DNA of 64,000 bases from Nitrosopumilus sp. (GCA_963667665.2 OY763927.2:1120001-1184000), one strand, 5' to 3'; shown: positions 48,537 through 57,475, numbered from the stretch's first letter. The notes: generated by a model from the sequence alone, not told the origin. A program made the numbers and translations.

Positions 48537-49592
48537 ATGCGATCTCCATTTTTCAAAAAACATTTAGAATCAAAAGCCAAAATGGTTGACTTTCATGGAT
48601 GGGAAATGCCATTACAGTATTCTGGAATTATTGATGAGCACAAAAATGTCAGAGAAAGCGTTGGATTGTTTGATGTTTCTCATATGGGTAGATTCAAGAT
48701 TATAGGAGATGCAGAATCACAAATACAACATTTGATAACAAATGACATTTCAAAGATTGGTGACAAACAAGCTATCTATTCTCCAATGTGTAACGAAAAT
48801 GGTGGAATAATAGACGATGTGATAGTTAGCAGAATCAATTCAGATGAATTTGTAATTGTTGTAAATTCATCAAACATCAAAAAAGATCTTGATTGGATCA
48901 CAGAGAATGTAAAGTCATGTGAGATTCAAAATGTCACAGATGACTATGCGTTATTAGCACTGCAAGGTCCAAAAGCTGAAAATGTTCTAAAAGATGCAGG
49001 GGTTGAGCAAATAGAAGATCTCAAGTCATTTCATTTACTTGAAACAAAACTATACAAAACTGATTGTATTATTTCAAGAACTGGGTACACTGGTGAAGAT
49101 GGATTTGAGTTATTTTTTGATTCAAAACAGCTACAAGTTTGGGAAAAATTATTGGAAACAGGCACAAAATATGGAATAAAGCCTATTGGTTTGGGTGCAC
49201 GGGACACACTAAGACTCGAAGCAGGATTGATGCTTTATGGGAATGACATTGATGAGACAATCACTCCACTTGAAGCACCACTAAAGTGGACCGTAAAATT
49301 TGAGACTGAATTTATTGGAAAAACAGCACTTGAACACAAAAAAGTGGAGAGAAAAATGAGAGGTTTTGAAATTATCGAAGCAAAAAGAGTTGCTAGAAAA
49401 GACAACAAGGTTTACGATGAGAAAGAGGAGATCGGAATTGTAACATCAGGTAGTTTCTCCCCCACACTTGGCAAGCCAATTGGATATTGTTTTGTACCTG
49501 TAGAATATTCTTTAGAGAGAAAAATTAAGATCGATATTGGTGATAAATTCTATGATAGCAAGTTAACATCTACTAGATTTTATAAAAGATAA
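48537..49592 (+). CDS. gcvT: Glycine cleavage system T protein (aminomethyltransferase)
   Basis: FHGWEMPLQY, LFDVSHMG, RTGYTGEDGFE, GLGARDTLRLEAG. Confidence 0.96.
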   Translation: MRSPFFKKHLESKAKMVDFHGWEMPLQYSGIIDEHKNVRESVGLFDVSHMGRFKIIGDAESQIQHLITNDISKIGDKQAIYSPMCNENGGIIDDVIVSRINSDEFVIVVNSSNIKKDLDWITENVKSCEIQNVTDDYALLALQGPKAENVLKDAGVEQIEDLKSFHLLETKLYKTDCIISRTGYTGEDGFELFFDSKQLQVWEKLLETGTKYGIKPIGLGARDTLRLEAGLMLYGNDIDETITPLEAPLKWTVKFETEFIGKTALEHKKVERKMRGFEIIEAKRVARKDNKVYDEKEEIGIVTSGSFSPTLGKPIGYCFVPVEYSLERKIKIDIGDKFYDSKLTSTRFYKR

Positions 49593-49629
49593 AACAACTT
49601 TTTTTAAAGAGATTATTTCAGAGTCTGCC

Positions 49630-50010
49630 GTGGCAGGAAAAAAATTTACTAAAGAACATGAATGGGTTGAAAAAAGCGATCAAAGTATAATTGTTGGAAT
49701 AACAGAATTTGCACAAGATCAGCTTGGAGACATAGTATCAATTGAATTACCTAAAGTTTCAAGTTCATTCAAACAAAATGATGTCATGGTAATCATAGAT
49801 TCCGTCAAAGCATCATCTGATATCTACTGTCCAGTAGATGGAGAAATTATTGAAATTAATGAAAAATTATTAGAACATCCAGAATTAATCAATCAGTCAC
49901 CCTATGAAGAAGGATGGATTGTGAAAATAAAACCAAGTAATCATGAGCAAATAGATTCTTTGCTTTCTAAAGAACAATATGATGAACTAGTAGGACAAAA
50001 TAAGGAGTAA
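49630..50010 (+). CDS. gcvH: Glycine cleavage system H protein
   Basis: HEWV, VGITEFAQDQLGD, lipoyl-Lys motif DSVKASSD, INQSPYEEGWI. Confidence 0.96.
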   Translation: MAGKKFTKEHEWVEKSDQSIIVGITEFAQDQLGDIVSIELPKVSSSFKQNDVMVIIDSVKASSDIYCPVDGEIIEINEKLLEHPELINQSPYEEGWIVKIKPSNHEQIDSLLSKEQYDELVGQNKE

Positions 50011-50013
50011 TCA

Positions 50014-51267
50014 ATGAACTTTATTCCGCATACAAAAGAAGACATTTCTAAAATGCTTTCAGTTGTTGGATGCTCAACATTAGATGAATTATTTTCAGAA
50101 TTCAAACCAAGACTTTCTGAATTAAAGCTAGACAGTCCGTTAAGTGAGATGGAATTAGTTTCATACATTACATCTTTGTCAGAAAAAAATTCAAAAATGA
50201 AATACTTTGCAGGTGGTGGGTCTTATGATCATTACATACCATCGGTGATCAATCATCTTGTGTCAAGAGGAGAATTTTTGACATCATACACACCATATCA
50301 ACCAGAAGCTAGTCAGGGAGTTTTGCAGGTTTTATACGAATTTCAGTCATTCATATGCCTTCTTACAGGCATGGATGTCTCAAATGCATCTCTTTATGAC
50401 GGTGCATCAGCCTTGGCTGAAGCAGCATTGCTATCCAGTGCACACACCAAACGAAAGGATGTTTTTGTAGATGATGGACTTAATCCAGAATATCTCAAAG
50501 TTCTTCAAACATACTGTGATGGTACAGAGCTTACCATTACAAATACAATTGATGAAAATACTGCATGTGTAATTTCACAGACTCCAGACTTTTATGGTAA
50601 TATCAAAAACTCTCAAAGCTTGATTGATAAGGCTCATCAAAACAATGCACTGTTCATAAACTGTATCTCAGATCCAACCTCTTTGGCAATACTCAAAACT
50701 CCTGGAGAATTTGGTGCAGATGTTGTTGTTGGAGAAGGTCAAGCATTTGGTATACCAAAAAGTTTTGGTGGTCCTTATCTAGGATTTATTGCAGTAAAAC
50801 AATTTTTGACAAAAAAATTACCAGGAAGAATTGTAGGAATGACTACAGATTACCAAGGCAATGAAGGTTTTGTTTTGACATTACAAGCAAGAGAGCAGTT
50901 CATCAGAAGGGAACGCGCCACAAGTAACATTACTACAAATCAGACACTGCTGGCATTAACTGCAACAATTTACTTGGCATCATTAGGAAAATCTGGACTT
51001 CAAAATGTAGCAAGGGCATCATATCACAGAGCACATCTTTTGCATGAAAAGTTAAGGAAAAATGGCTTTGATGCCATCAACACAAATCCATTTTATAATG
51101 AATTTTTAGTAAAATCACCAAAACCATCTGAAAAAATAATTGCAGATTTGATGGAATGTGGCATTTTTGGTGGAATAGATGTTGGAGACAATAAATTATT
51201 GGTATGTTGCACTGAAAAAAATTCACTTCAAGATATTGGTTCATATATTTCGGCGGTAAGTAAATGA
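50014..51267 (+). CDS. gcvPA: Glycine dehydrogenase (decarboxylating) subunit 1
   Basis: TSYTPYQPE.SQG, NASLYDG, REQFIRRERATSNI. Confidence 0.95.
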   Translation: MNFIPHTKEDISKMLSVVGCSTLDELFSEFKPRLSELKLDSPLSEMELVSYITSLSEKNSKMKYFAGGGSYDHYIPSVINHLVSRGEFLTSYTPYQPEASQGVLQVLYEFQSFICLLTGMDVSNASLYDGASALAEAALLSSAHTKRKDVFVDDGLNPEYLKVLQTYCDGTELTITNTIDENTACVISQTPDFYGNIKNSQSLIDKAHQNNALFINCISDPTSLAILKTPGEFGADVVVGEGQAFGIPKSFGGPYLGFIAVKQFLTKKLPGRIVGMTTDYQGNEGFVLTLQAREQFIRRERATSNITTNQTLLALTATIYLASLGKSGLQNVARASYHRAHLLHEKLRKNGFDAINTNPFYNEFLVKSPKPSEKIIADLMECGIFGGIDVGDNKLLVCCTEKNSLQDIGSYISAVSK

Positions 51268-52676
51268 AATTAATTTTTGACTACAACCAATCAAATACAA
51301 AGCATACACCTTCTCAAGAAAATGATGTAGATTTGCCTGAAGATCTAAAAAGAAGTTCTCTTCCATTATGTGATGTAAACGAGATTCAAATTATTAGACA
51401 CTACACTGAGTTGTCAAGAAAAAATTATGGTATTGACACCAATTTTTATCCTCTAGGCTCATGCACCATGAAGTACAATCCCAGAGTAAATGAAGATCTT
51501 GCCAAACTACCAGGATTTTCAAACTTACACCCTCTCATGCCTACTACTCATGCACAAGGGGCATTGCAAGTCATTTGGGAACTAGAAGATAATCTAAAAG
51601 AAATCACTGGAATGGATGCGTTTTCTCTTCAACCATCTGCTGGTTCACAATGTGAATTGCTTGGAGTAATGATTGCAAAAAAATATTTTGCTGAAAAAAA
51701 TGAGAACAGAACAAAAATAATAATTCCAGACTCTGCTCATGGAACAAATCCTGCAACTGCAGCCATGTGTAAATTCCAAACAGTTACGATTCCAACAGAT
51801 GTACGTGGTAACATGGACATTAATGAATTCAAAAAGGCGATAGGACCAGATGTGGCAGTTGTAATGATTACAAATCCAAACACTTTGGGGTTATATGAAG
51901 AAAATTTATCTGAGATCAAAGATCTTGCAAAAGAAAATGGAGCGCTAATGTATTGTGATGGTGCAAACATGAATGCACTTTTGGGAATTAGTAAACCTGC
52001 AGATCAAGGATTTGATATGATGCATCTTAACTTACACAAGACATTTTCTACACCACATGGTGGTGGTGGACCTGGCGGAGGAGCACTTGGAGTTAGATCA
52101 TTTCTTGAAGATTATTTACCAGTACCAAGAATTAAAAAAGAAAATGAACAATTCATTTTTGATTCTAACAAAGAAAAGAGTGTAGGTAAGCTGCATTCGT
52201 TTTATGGAAACTTTGGAATACTTGTTCGCGCATTATCATACTTAAAATCATGGGGATCAGACATTCAAAAAGTTTCACAGATAGCAGTTTTAAATGCAAA
52301 TTATCTTTTTAGTTTGCTAAAAGAAGACTTTGATGTACCATATGACAGGAGGTGTGCACATGAATTTGTCATATCTGCAAAAAACTTTGGTGAGAAAAGT
52401 ACTATTAACATTGCAAAAAGAATTACAGATTATGGTTTTCATGCACCTACAATTTACTTTCCATTGATTGTAAAAGAGGCCTTGATGATAGAGCCAACAG
52501 AAACTGAAAGCAAAGACACACTAGATGAGTTTGCTAAGGTCTTGAAAACCATCATCAAAGAACTAAAAGAAGACCCAGAATTAGTCAAAAATGCACCTCA
52601 TACCATTCCTGGAAGATTAGATGAGGTAAAGGCAGCACGCCAGCTAAATTTACGATGGATGCCTAAGGAATCATAA
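51264..52676 (+). CDS. gcvPB: Glycine dehydrogenase (decarboxylating) subunit 2
   Basis: PLGSCTMKYNP, AHGTNPA, PLP-Lys motif HLNLHKTFSTPHGGGGPG, MIEPTETE. Confidence 0.96.
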   Translation: MKLIFDYNQSNTKHTPSQENDVDLPEDLKRSSLPLCDVNEIQIIRHYTELSRKNYGIDTNFYPLGSCTMKYNPRVNEDLAKLPGFSNLHPLMPTTHAQGALQVIWELEDNLKEITGMDAFSLQPSAGSQCELLGVMIAKKYFAEKNENRTKIIIPDSAHGTNPATAAMCKFQTVTIPTDVRGNMDINEFKKAIGPDVAVVMITNPNTLGLYEENLSEIKDLAKENGALMYCDGANMNALLGISKPADQGFDMMHLNLHKTFSTPHGGGGPGGGALGVRSFLEDYLPVPRIKKENEQFIFDSNKEKSVGKLHSFYGNFGILVRALSYLKSWGSDIQKVSQIAVLNANYLFSLLKEDFDVPYDRRCAHEFVISAKNFGEKSTINIAKRITDYGFHAPTIYFPLIVKEALMIEPTETESKDTLDEFAKVLKTIIKELKEDPELVKNAPHTIPGRLDEVKAARQLNLRWMPKES

Positions 52677-52677
52677 A

Positions 52678-52989
52678 TTGAATTCCAGCCACGATGAAAT
52701 CATTACTAAAATTATCACAGCAAAACTAGGCAAGATTGTAAAAATCGAGCTTGCCTACAAGCAAGAATCACAATTGATTCATTCAATTAGAATAACAGGT
52801 GATTTTTTTGTTCATCCTGAAGAAGTAATTGAAGAACTAGAGCAAGGACTTTGTGGAATCAAATTAGAAAAAGAAGATTTGAAAAACAAAATTCATTTAG
52901 TTTTGAAGAACTCAGAGATTTTTGGATTTGAAATTGATTCGTTAGTTGATGTTATACTTGATACAAAAGGTGATAAAAATAAAATTTGA
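52678..52989 (+). CDS. Lipoate-protein ligase small accessory subunit (stand-alone C-terminal domain, LplB-like)
   Basis: IRITGDFFVHPEEVIEELE motif; overlaps the ligase catalytic gene. Confidence 0.8.
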   Translation: MNSSHDEIITKIITAKLGKIVKIELAYKQESQLIHSIRITGDFFVHPEEVIEELEQGLCGIKLEKEDLKNKIHLVLKNSEIFGFEIDSLVDVILDTKGDKNKI

Positions 52990-53701
52990 AAAAATTAGAA
53001 TTTTAGAAACAGAAAATAATATTGGACCATGGAACATGGCAGTAGATGAGTTTTTACTTTACAACTGTAAAGAACCTATTTTAAGAATTTATGGTTGGTC
53101 AAAGCCCTGTATTTCTATTGGTTACTTTCAAAACATAGACGAAGTTAATTACAAAAAATGTAATGAGAAAAATGTAGATGTAGTTAGAAGAATTACTGGT
53201 GGGGGAGCAGTTTTTCATGATATGGAGTTAACATATTCGTTTGTTACAAAAAATTTTCCACAAAATATATTGGAATCATATAAAGAAATCTGTGAGATAA
53301 TCATACAAGCATTAAAGAATCTTGGACTTGATGCCAAGTTTTCGCCATTAAATGATGTTACAGTTAATGAGAAGAAGGTTTGTGGAAACGCACAGACTAG
53401 AAAGAACAATACTTTACTGCAACATGGAACAATCCTTTTAGATGTAGATGTAGAAAAAATGTTTTCACTGCTTAATGTACCAATAGAAAAGATTAGTGAT
53501 AAAAAAATTTCAGATGTTAAAAATAGAGTTGCAGGTATCTCAAAAACGTTTGAACAAGTTTCTGATGCTCTAAAAAGTGCCGCAAGGGATGTTTTTGGAT
53601 GTGAACTTGATCCTATCAAACTAAACCAAGAAGAATTAAAATCATGTCAAAAGTTAATGGATAAAAAATTTTCAAGTGAAAATTGGACGTTTAGAAGATA
53701 A
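52970..53701 (+). CDS. lplA: Lipoate-protein ligase catalytic subunit
   Basis: NMAVDE, SIGYFQ, RRITGGGAVFHD, KKVCGNAQ, LQHGT; start uncertain (GTG at 52970). Confidence 0.9.
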   Translation: MIKIKFEKIRILETENNIGPWNMAVDEFLLYNCKEPILRIYGWSKPCISIGYFQNIDEVNYKKCNEKNVDVVRRITGGGAVFHDMELTYSFVTKNFPQNILESYKEICEIIIQALKNLGLDAKFSPLNDVTVNEKKVCGNAQTRKNNTLLQHGTILLDVDVEKMFSLLNVPIEKISDKKISDVKNRVAGISKTFEQVSDALKSAARDVFGCELDPIKLNQEELKSCQKLMDKKFSSENWTFRR

Positions 53702-53742
53702 TCTTGGTAAAATTTATTGCTACTTGAATTTCATCAAATCCT

Positions 53743-55047
53743 ATGTATGATGCAGTCATAATTGGTGCCGGACCTGCTGGTTATGTGTGCGCAATAAGCC
53801 TAGCAAGGCAAGGTGCAAAGGTATGTGTTGTTGAGAAAAATGGTCTAGGAGGCACATGTACCCAAAAGGGCTGCATTCCAACAAAATATCTACATTCAAT
53901 GGGTGATATTGTAAGAAAGGCAAAATCAGCCAAAAAATTTGGTATCAACAGCAACATTGAGATTGATTATTCAATTCTAAGATCAAAAATGAAATCAACT
54001 GTTTCAAAGCTTGCATTAGGAATTGATTTTCTGTTCAAAGAGCATGGAGTAGAGCTAATAGAAGGAGAAGCTATCATTAAATCACAAAATCAAGTTATAG
54101 TAAATGATAAAACATTAGAGACAAAAAATATTGTTCTTGCAACAGGAAGCAAGCCCAAAAGTTTTCCAGTAAATAATTTAGCTGAAAAAATCGTGTCAAC
54201 TGATTCAATTTTTGATCTAGAATATCTTCCAGAATCTATTTTGATTGTAGGTGGAGGATATAGTGGATGTGAGTTTGCATCAATTCTCAATGCACTAGGA
54301 TGTAAAATTTGGTTAGTTGAGATGGAGAATTCTCTTCTGCCTGGTCAACCAAAAGAGGTAGGAGTTGCCATTGAAAAATATATGAAACTAGATGGAATTT
54401 CTGTTATGACAAAATCTTCTATAAAAATAGATAACGGAAAAGTAATGATAAATGAGGATGAGATCAATCCAGAAAAAATTCTAATCAGTACAGGAAGAGA
54501 ACCTAATTTTAACACTGATGAACTAGACAAGTTAGGAATTGCTTGGAATAAGGAGGGCATTACAGTTAATGAGCGCATGCAAACCAATCTGTCAAATGTT
54601 TATGCAATAGGAGACATTACAGGAAAATATGAGCTTGCACATGTAGCATCATATCAAGGTGAGGTTGCAGCACAAAATATCTTGGGAGAAAAAAGTACAA
54701 TGGATTATTCTGTAGTACCATTCTGTGTGTTTACATATCCTGAAGTGGCAATTGTTGGAAAATGTGAGGGAAATTCGAAAGAGTTTCCTATGGTAGCTAA
54801 TGCAAAAGCAAATTGTTTAGGAGATACACGTGGATTCATCAAGGTTTTTGAGGAAAATGGGATTTTACAGGGTACAATCATAGTTGGAGCACATGCAAGT
54901 GAAATCATTGGTGAAGCTACATTGGCAATAAAATTAAAACTGAAACCAAAAGACGTGATTGAAACAATTCATGCTCATCCTACCCTTCCAGAAGCATTTG
55001 TAGATGCTCTAAGAAGTCTGGATGGAAAAAGCATCCATACCTCATAA
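53743..55047 (+). CDS. lpdA: Dihydrolipoamide dehydrogenase (GCS L protein)
   Basis: GAGPAG, GGTCTQKGCIPTK redox disulfide, GGGYSGCE, HAHPTLPE. Confidence 0.93.
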   Translation: MYDAVIIGAGPAGYVCAISLARQGAKVCVVEKNGLGGTCTQKGCIPTKYLHSMGDIVRKAKSAKKFGINSNIEIDYSILRSKMKSTVSKLALGIDFLFKEHGVELIEGEAIIKSQNQVIVNDKTLETKNIVLATGSKPKSFPVNNLAEKIVSTDSIFDLEYLPESILIVGGGYSGCEFASILNALGCKIWLVEMENSLLPGQPKEVGVAIEKYMKLDGISVMTKSSIKIDNGKVMINEDEINPEKILISTGREPNFNTDELDKLGIAWNKEGITVNERMQTNLSNVYAIGDITGKYELAHVASYQGEVAAQNILGEKSTMDYSVVPFCVFTYPEVAIVGKCEGNSKEFPMVANAKANCLGDTRGFIKVFEENGILQGTIIVGAHASEIIGEATLAIKLKLKPKDVIETIHAHPTLPEAFVDALRSLDGKSIHTS

Positions 55048-55049
55048 TA

Positions 55050-55056
55050 TTTTATA
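55050..55056 (+). promoter_or_regulatory. TATA-like box for the LLM/condensing-enzyme pair
   Basis: TTTTATA ending about 25 nt before the ATG at 55081, the spacing expected for a leaderless transcript. Confidence 0.45.
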
Positions 55057-55080
55057 CTAGAGAGGTATCGTAGAAATTTT

Positions 55081-56007
55081 ATGACTAAAATTGGAATTGA
55101 GCTTGGAATAAGAGCTCCTATAGAAGCTATAAAGCGAGCAGCTCAGATTGCTGATGCAAATTCTGTTGAATACTTTTTTGTGCCAGAAACACATCCAGGA
55201 TTTTTTGGAGTGAATGCATTAGATGTATTATCAAATATCAGTGAGAAAGTAAAGAATGTAAAACTTGGAACAGGGATAATCAATGTATTTTCAAGAACAC
55301 AAGAAGAGATTCTTGATGCTGCAAATCACATACACACAAAGACTGGCGGAAAATTTGTTTTAGGAATGGGAACAAGTGCACCCATAATTATTGAGAATTT
55401 GTGGAAGATGGAATTTAAAAAACCACTTTCACGATTAAGGGATTACTCTAATTTTATCAAGACAAAATATTCTGGTCCAATCTATTGGGCTGCAGTTGGC
55501 AAAAAAACCACAAAACTTGCAGCTGAAAATGCAGATGGTGTAATATTTTTTTTAAAACCAAGAGATCAAATTTCAAATCATATAGATCTAATCAACTCAA
55601 CACTAAAGTCCTTGAATAAATCAGAGGATGAGTTTAATGTAATTTCAATTCTTCCTACTTTTTTTTCAGACAATAACAATCAAGCAAAAATGACCCTAGC
55701 TGGATACATTGGTGCAAATGAATTTTATGCAATTTCACTAACAAATGCTGGTTTTAAAGAAGAGGTTAAAAAAATAAAGAGTACTTATGAAAAAGGTGGA
55801 TTATTGGAGGCTATGCAAAATGTTGCAGATATACTGCTTGATGAACTAACAGTTTCAGGCTCAGTAGAACAGTGCAAAGAGAAAATTAAAAAAATTACCA
55901 AAAGCACTAAATTGAAAACCATAATTTTGGGATTTGACCTACCTGAAAACAAATACACAGATGATTTTTTTGAGAAACTTGATAAATTGCTGAAAAGCCT
56001 TCAATAG
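55081..56007 (+). CDS. LLM-class (luciferase-like) oxidoreductase, probably F420-dependent and Mer-like
   Basis: VPETH, VKLGTGIINVFSR, GGKFVLGMGTS, PIYWAAVGKKTTKLAAENADGVI. Confidence 0.85.
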   Translation: MTKIGIELGIRAPIEAIKRAAQIADANSVEYFFVPETHPGFFGVNALDVLSNISEKVKNVKLGTGIINVFSRTQEEILDAANHIHTKTGGKFVLGMGTSAPIIIENLWKMEFKKPLSRLRDYSNFIKTKYSGPIYWAAVGKKTTKLAAENADGVIFFLKPRDQISNHIDLINSTLKSLNKSEDEFNVISILPTFFSDNNNQAKMTLAGYIGANEFYAISLTNAGFKEEVKKIKSTYEKGGLLEAMQNVADILLDELTVSGSVEQCKEKIKKITKSTKLKTIILGFDLPENKYTDDFFEKLDKLLKSLQ

Positions 56008-56008
56008 G

Positions 56009-57106
56009 ATGCCATCTGTTAACTTATCAAACATAGTATTTACCAAGGCAAAATTTCGTTATTCAATTTCTGAGATAGTGGATGATTTTCTCAAGAAAAA
56101 GCTAGACAAGGAAGTTAGAGAATATGCAAAAAATGAGCTTGGAATAGACTATATCTACAAATCATATGATTTTTCAAAAATTGATTTTGACAAGGGGAAT
56201 TTTGTTGAGTCAGATGTTAGCCTAAATGACATGTATTATCAAACAGCAAAAAAGTCTCTACGTGGAGTCAATCCTAAAAAAATTGGATTATTCATTACAA
56301 TTAATGACAATCAGCAGTATCTTGATCCTTCACCAACAGTTGAACTAATTCCCAAGCTTTCATTTAGAAAAGATATCAGAGCACAAAACTTCCAGGGATT
56401 GGCATGTTCCTCATTTTCAGAATCGCTGCTAAATTCTGCAGGATATTTTCTCATGAATGGGAAAGAAGATGCATTTGTACTAATTGGGACACATTATACT
56501 CCATGGTTCTTAGATAGAATAAAGCAAATTAAACACATCACAAAAAAAGATAAAACAAATTTTTATAATTTAATTTATTTTTTGATTTTTAGTGATGCTG
56601 TTGCATCTACCATATTATCACAAAAAAAGACAAAAAATACGCAAATTCAGATTGATTCAAAATCAATTCTCACTCTAAAGGATACAAAAAATACTGAGAA
56701 AAATGCCACAATCAAAATGTCTCCAGACAAAAAACACAGAATAGTTTTTGATATGAAATTAAAGCCAAAAAAGCTTAGAGAAGAGGTAGCAAATCTTTCA
56801 GTAGAAAATCTCAAACTATTGCGCAAAAAGATGCCGTCTGAATTTAAAAGAATTAAGATCTGGGGATTACACACTGCGGGAGGTAGATTCGTAGATTATG
56901 TTTCAGAAAAATGTCAAATTGATAAAACAAAGATTGGACTCAGTTATGATTTAATGAAAAAGACAGGCAATACAGGTGCGGTAAGCTCACTACAATTCAT
57001 CTACGAATGCATAAATAAAAAAGATCTCTCCAAAAACAACTTGGGTTGTTTTATTGATTATGGTTGGGAAGGAGTTAACCTATTCATATTTAGAAAAGTA
57101 AATTGA
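56009..57106 (+). CDS. Type III polyketide synthase / FabH-like condensing enzyme (thiolase fold)
   Basis: Cys (QGLACSS), His (WGLHTAGG), Asn (TGNTGAVS) triad; LIFSDA corresponds to LFGDG; DYGWEG corresponds to GFGPG. Confidence 0.8.
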   Translation: MPSVNLSNIVFTKAKFRYSISEIVDDFLKKKLDKEVREYAKNELGIDYIYKSYDFSKIDFDKGNFVESDVSLNDMYYQTAKKSLRGVNPKKIGLFITINDNQQYLDPSPTVELIPKLSFRKDIRAQNFQGLACSSFSESLLNSAGYFLMNGKEDAFVLIGTHYTPWFLDRIKQIKHITKKDKTNFYNLIYFLIFSDAVASTILSQKKTKNTQIQIDSKSILTLKDTKNTEKNATIKMSPDKKHRIVFDMKLKPKKLREEVANLSVENLKLLRKKMPSEFKRIKIWGLHTAGGRFVDYVSEKCQIDKTKIGLSYDLMKKTGNTGAVSSLQFIYECINKKDLSKNNLGCFIDYGWEGVNLFIFRKVN

Positions 57107-57122
57107 AAAAAAGTAAAGTTAT

Positions 57123-57410
57123 CTAGCCAAATAGAGAAGACAATCCTTCCATGGCTGCTTCTTCATTTTTAGGTTCTTCTTTCTTTTCTTCACCACCAGC
57201 TGCTGCATCTGGTGCGGCTGCTGCTGTAACTGCTACAGGTGCGGCTTTAACTGCCTCATCGATATTTACATCAGCCAAGGCTGCAACTAGGGATTTTACT
57301 TGAGCTTCATTAACTTCAGTACCAGATGCTTTAACAACTGAACTGATGTTTGTCTCATTGACGTCCTTTTTTAGCTTGTGAAGAAGTAAAGCAGCGTAAA
57401 CATATTCCAT
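57123..57410 (-). CDS. rpl12: 50S ribosomal stalk protein P1/L12
   Basis: [11 protein letters not shown], Ala-rich hinge, GLSSLFG tail. Confidence 0.96.
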   Translation of the reverse strand: MEYVYAALLLHKLKKDVNETNISSVVKASGTEVNEAQVKSLVAALADVNIDEAVKAAPVAVTAAAAPDAAAGGEEKKEEPKNEEAAMEGLSSLFG

Positions 57411-57475
57411 TGTATCGAGATTTTCTTAGAGCATAATATAAAACTATGGAGAAATCATGGCTAAAATTTGAAAAG

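Larger units (their letters stand above)
47581..57122. other. Accessory gene block (probable genomic island): lipoate, glycine cleavage, LLM oxidoreductase and condensing enzyme
   Basis: Ten functionally linked genes between ribosomal P0 and P1; no integrase or convincing att sites seen. Confidence 0.65.

Noticed and set aside
56009-57106. Calling this gene HMG-CoA synthase or thiolase of the mevalonate pathway
   Set aside because: It lacks the recognisable HMGCS and thiolase signature motifs and has no DUF35/thiolase neighbours; not excluded without an HMM search
47613-57122. 7-bp direct repeat AAGTTAT at both ends of the GCS block (47613, 57116) as a target-site duplication
   Set aside because: Short, AT-rich, overlaps the lipA stop and is expected by chance; no integrase or transposase present
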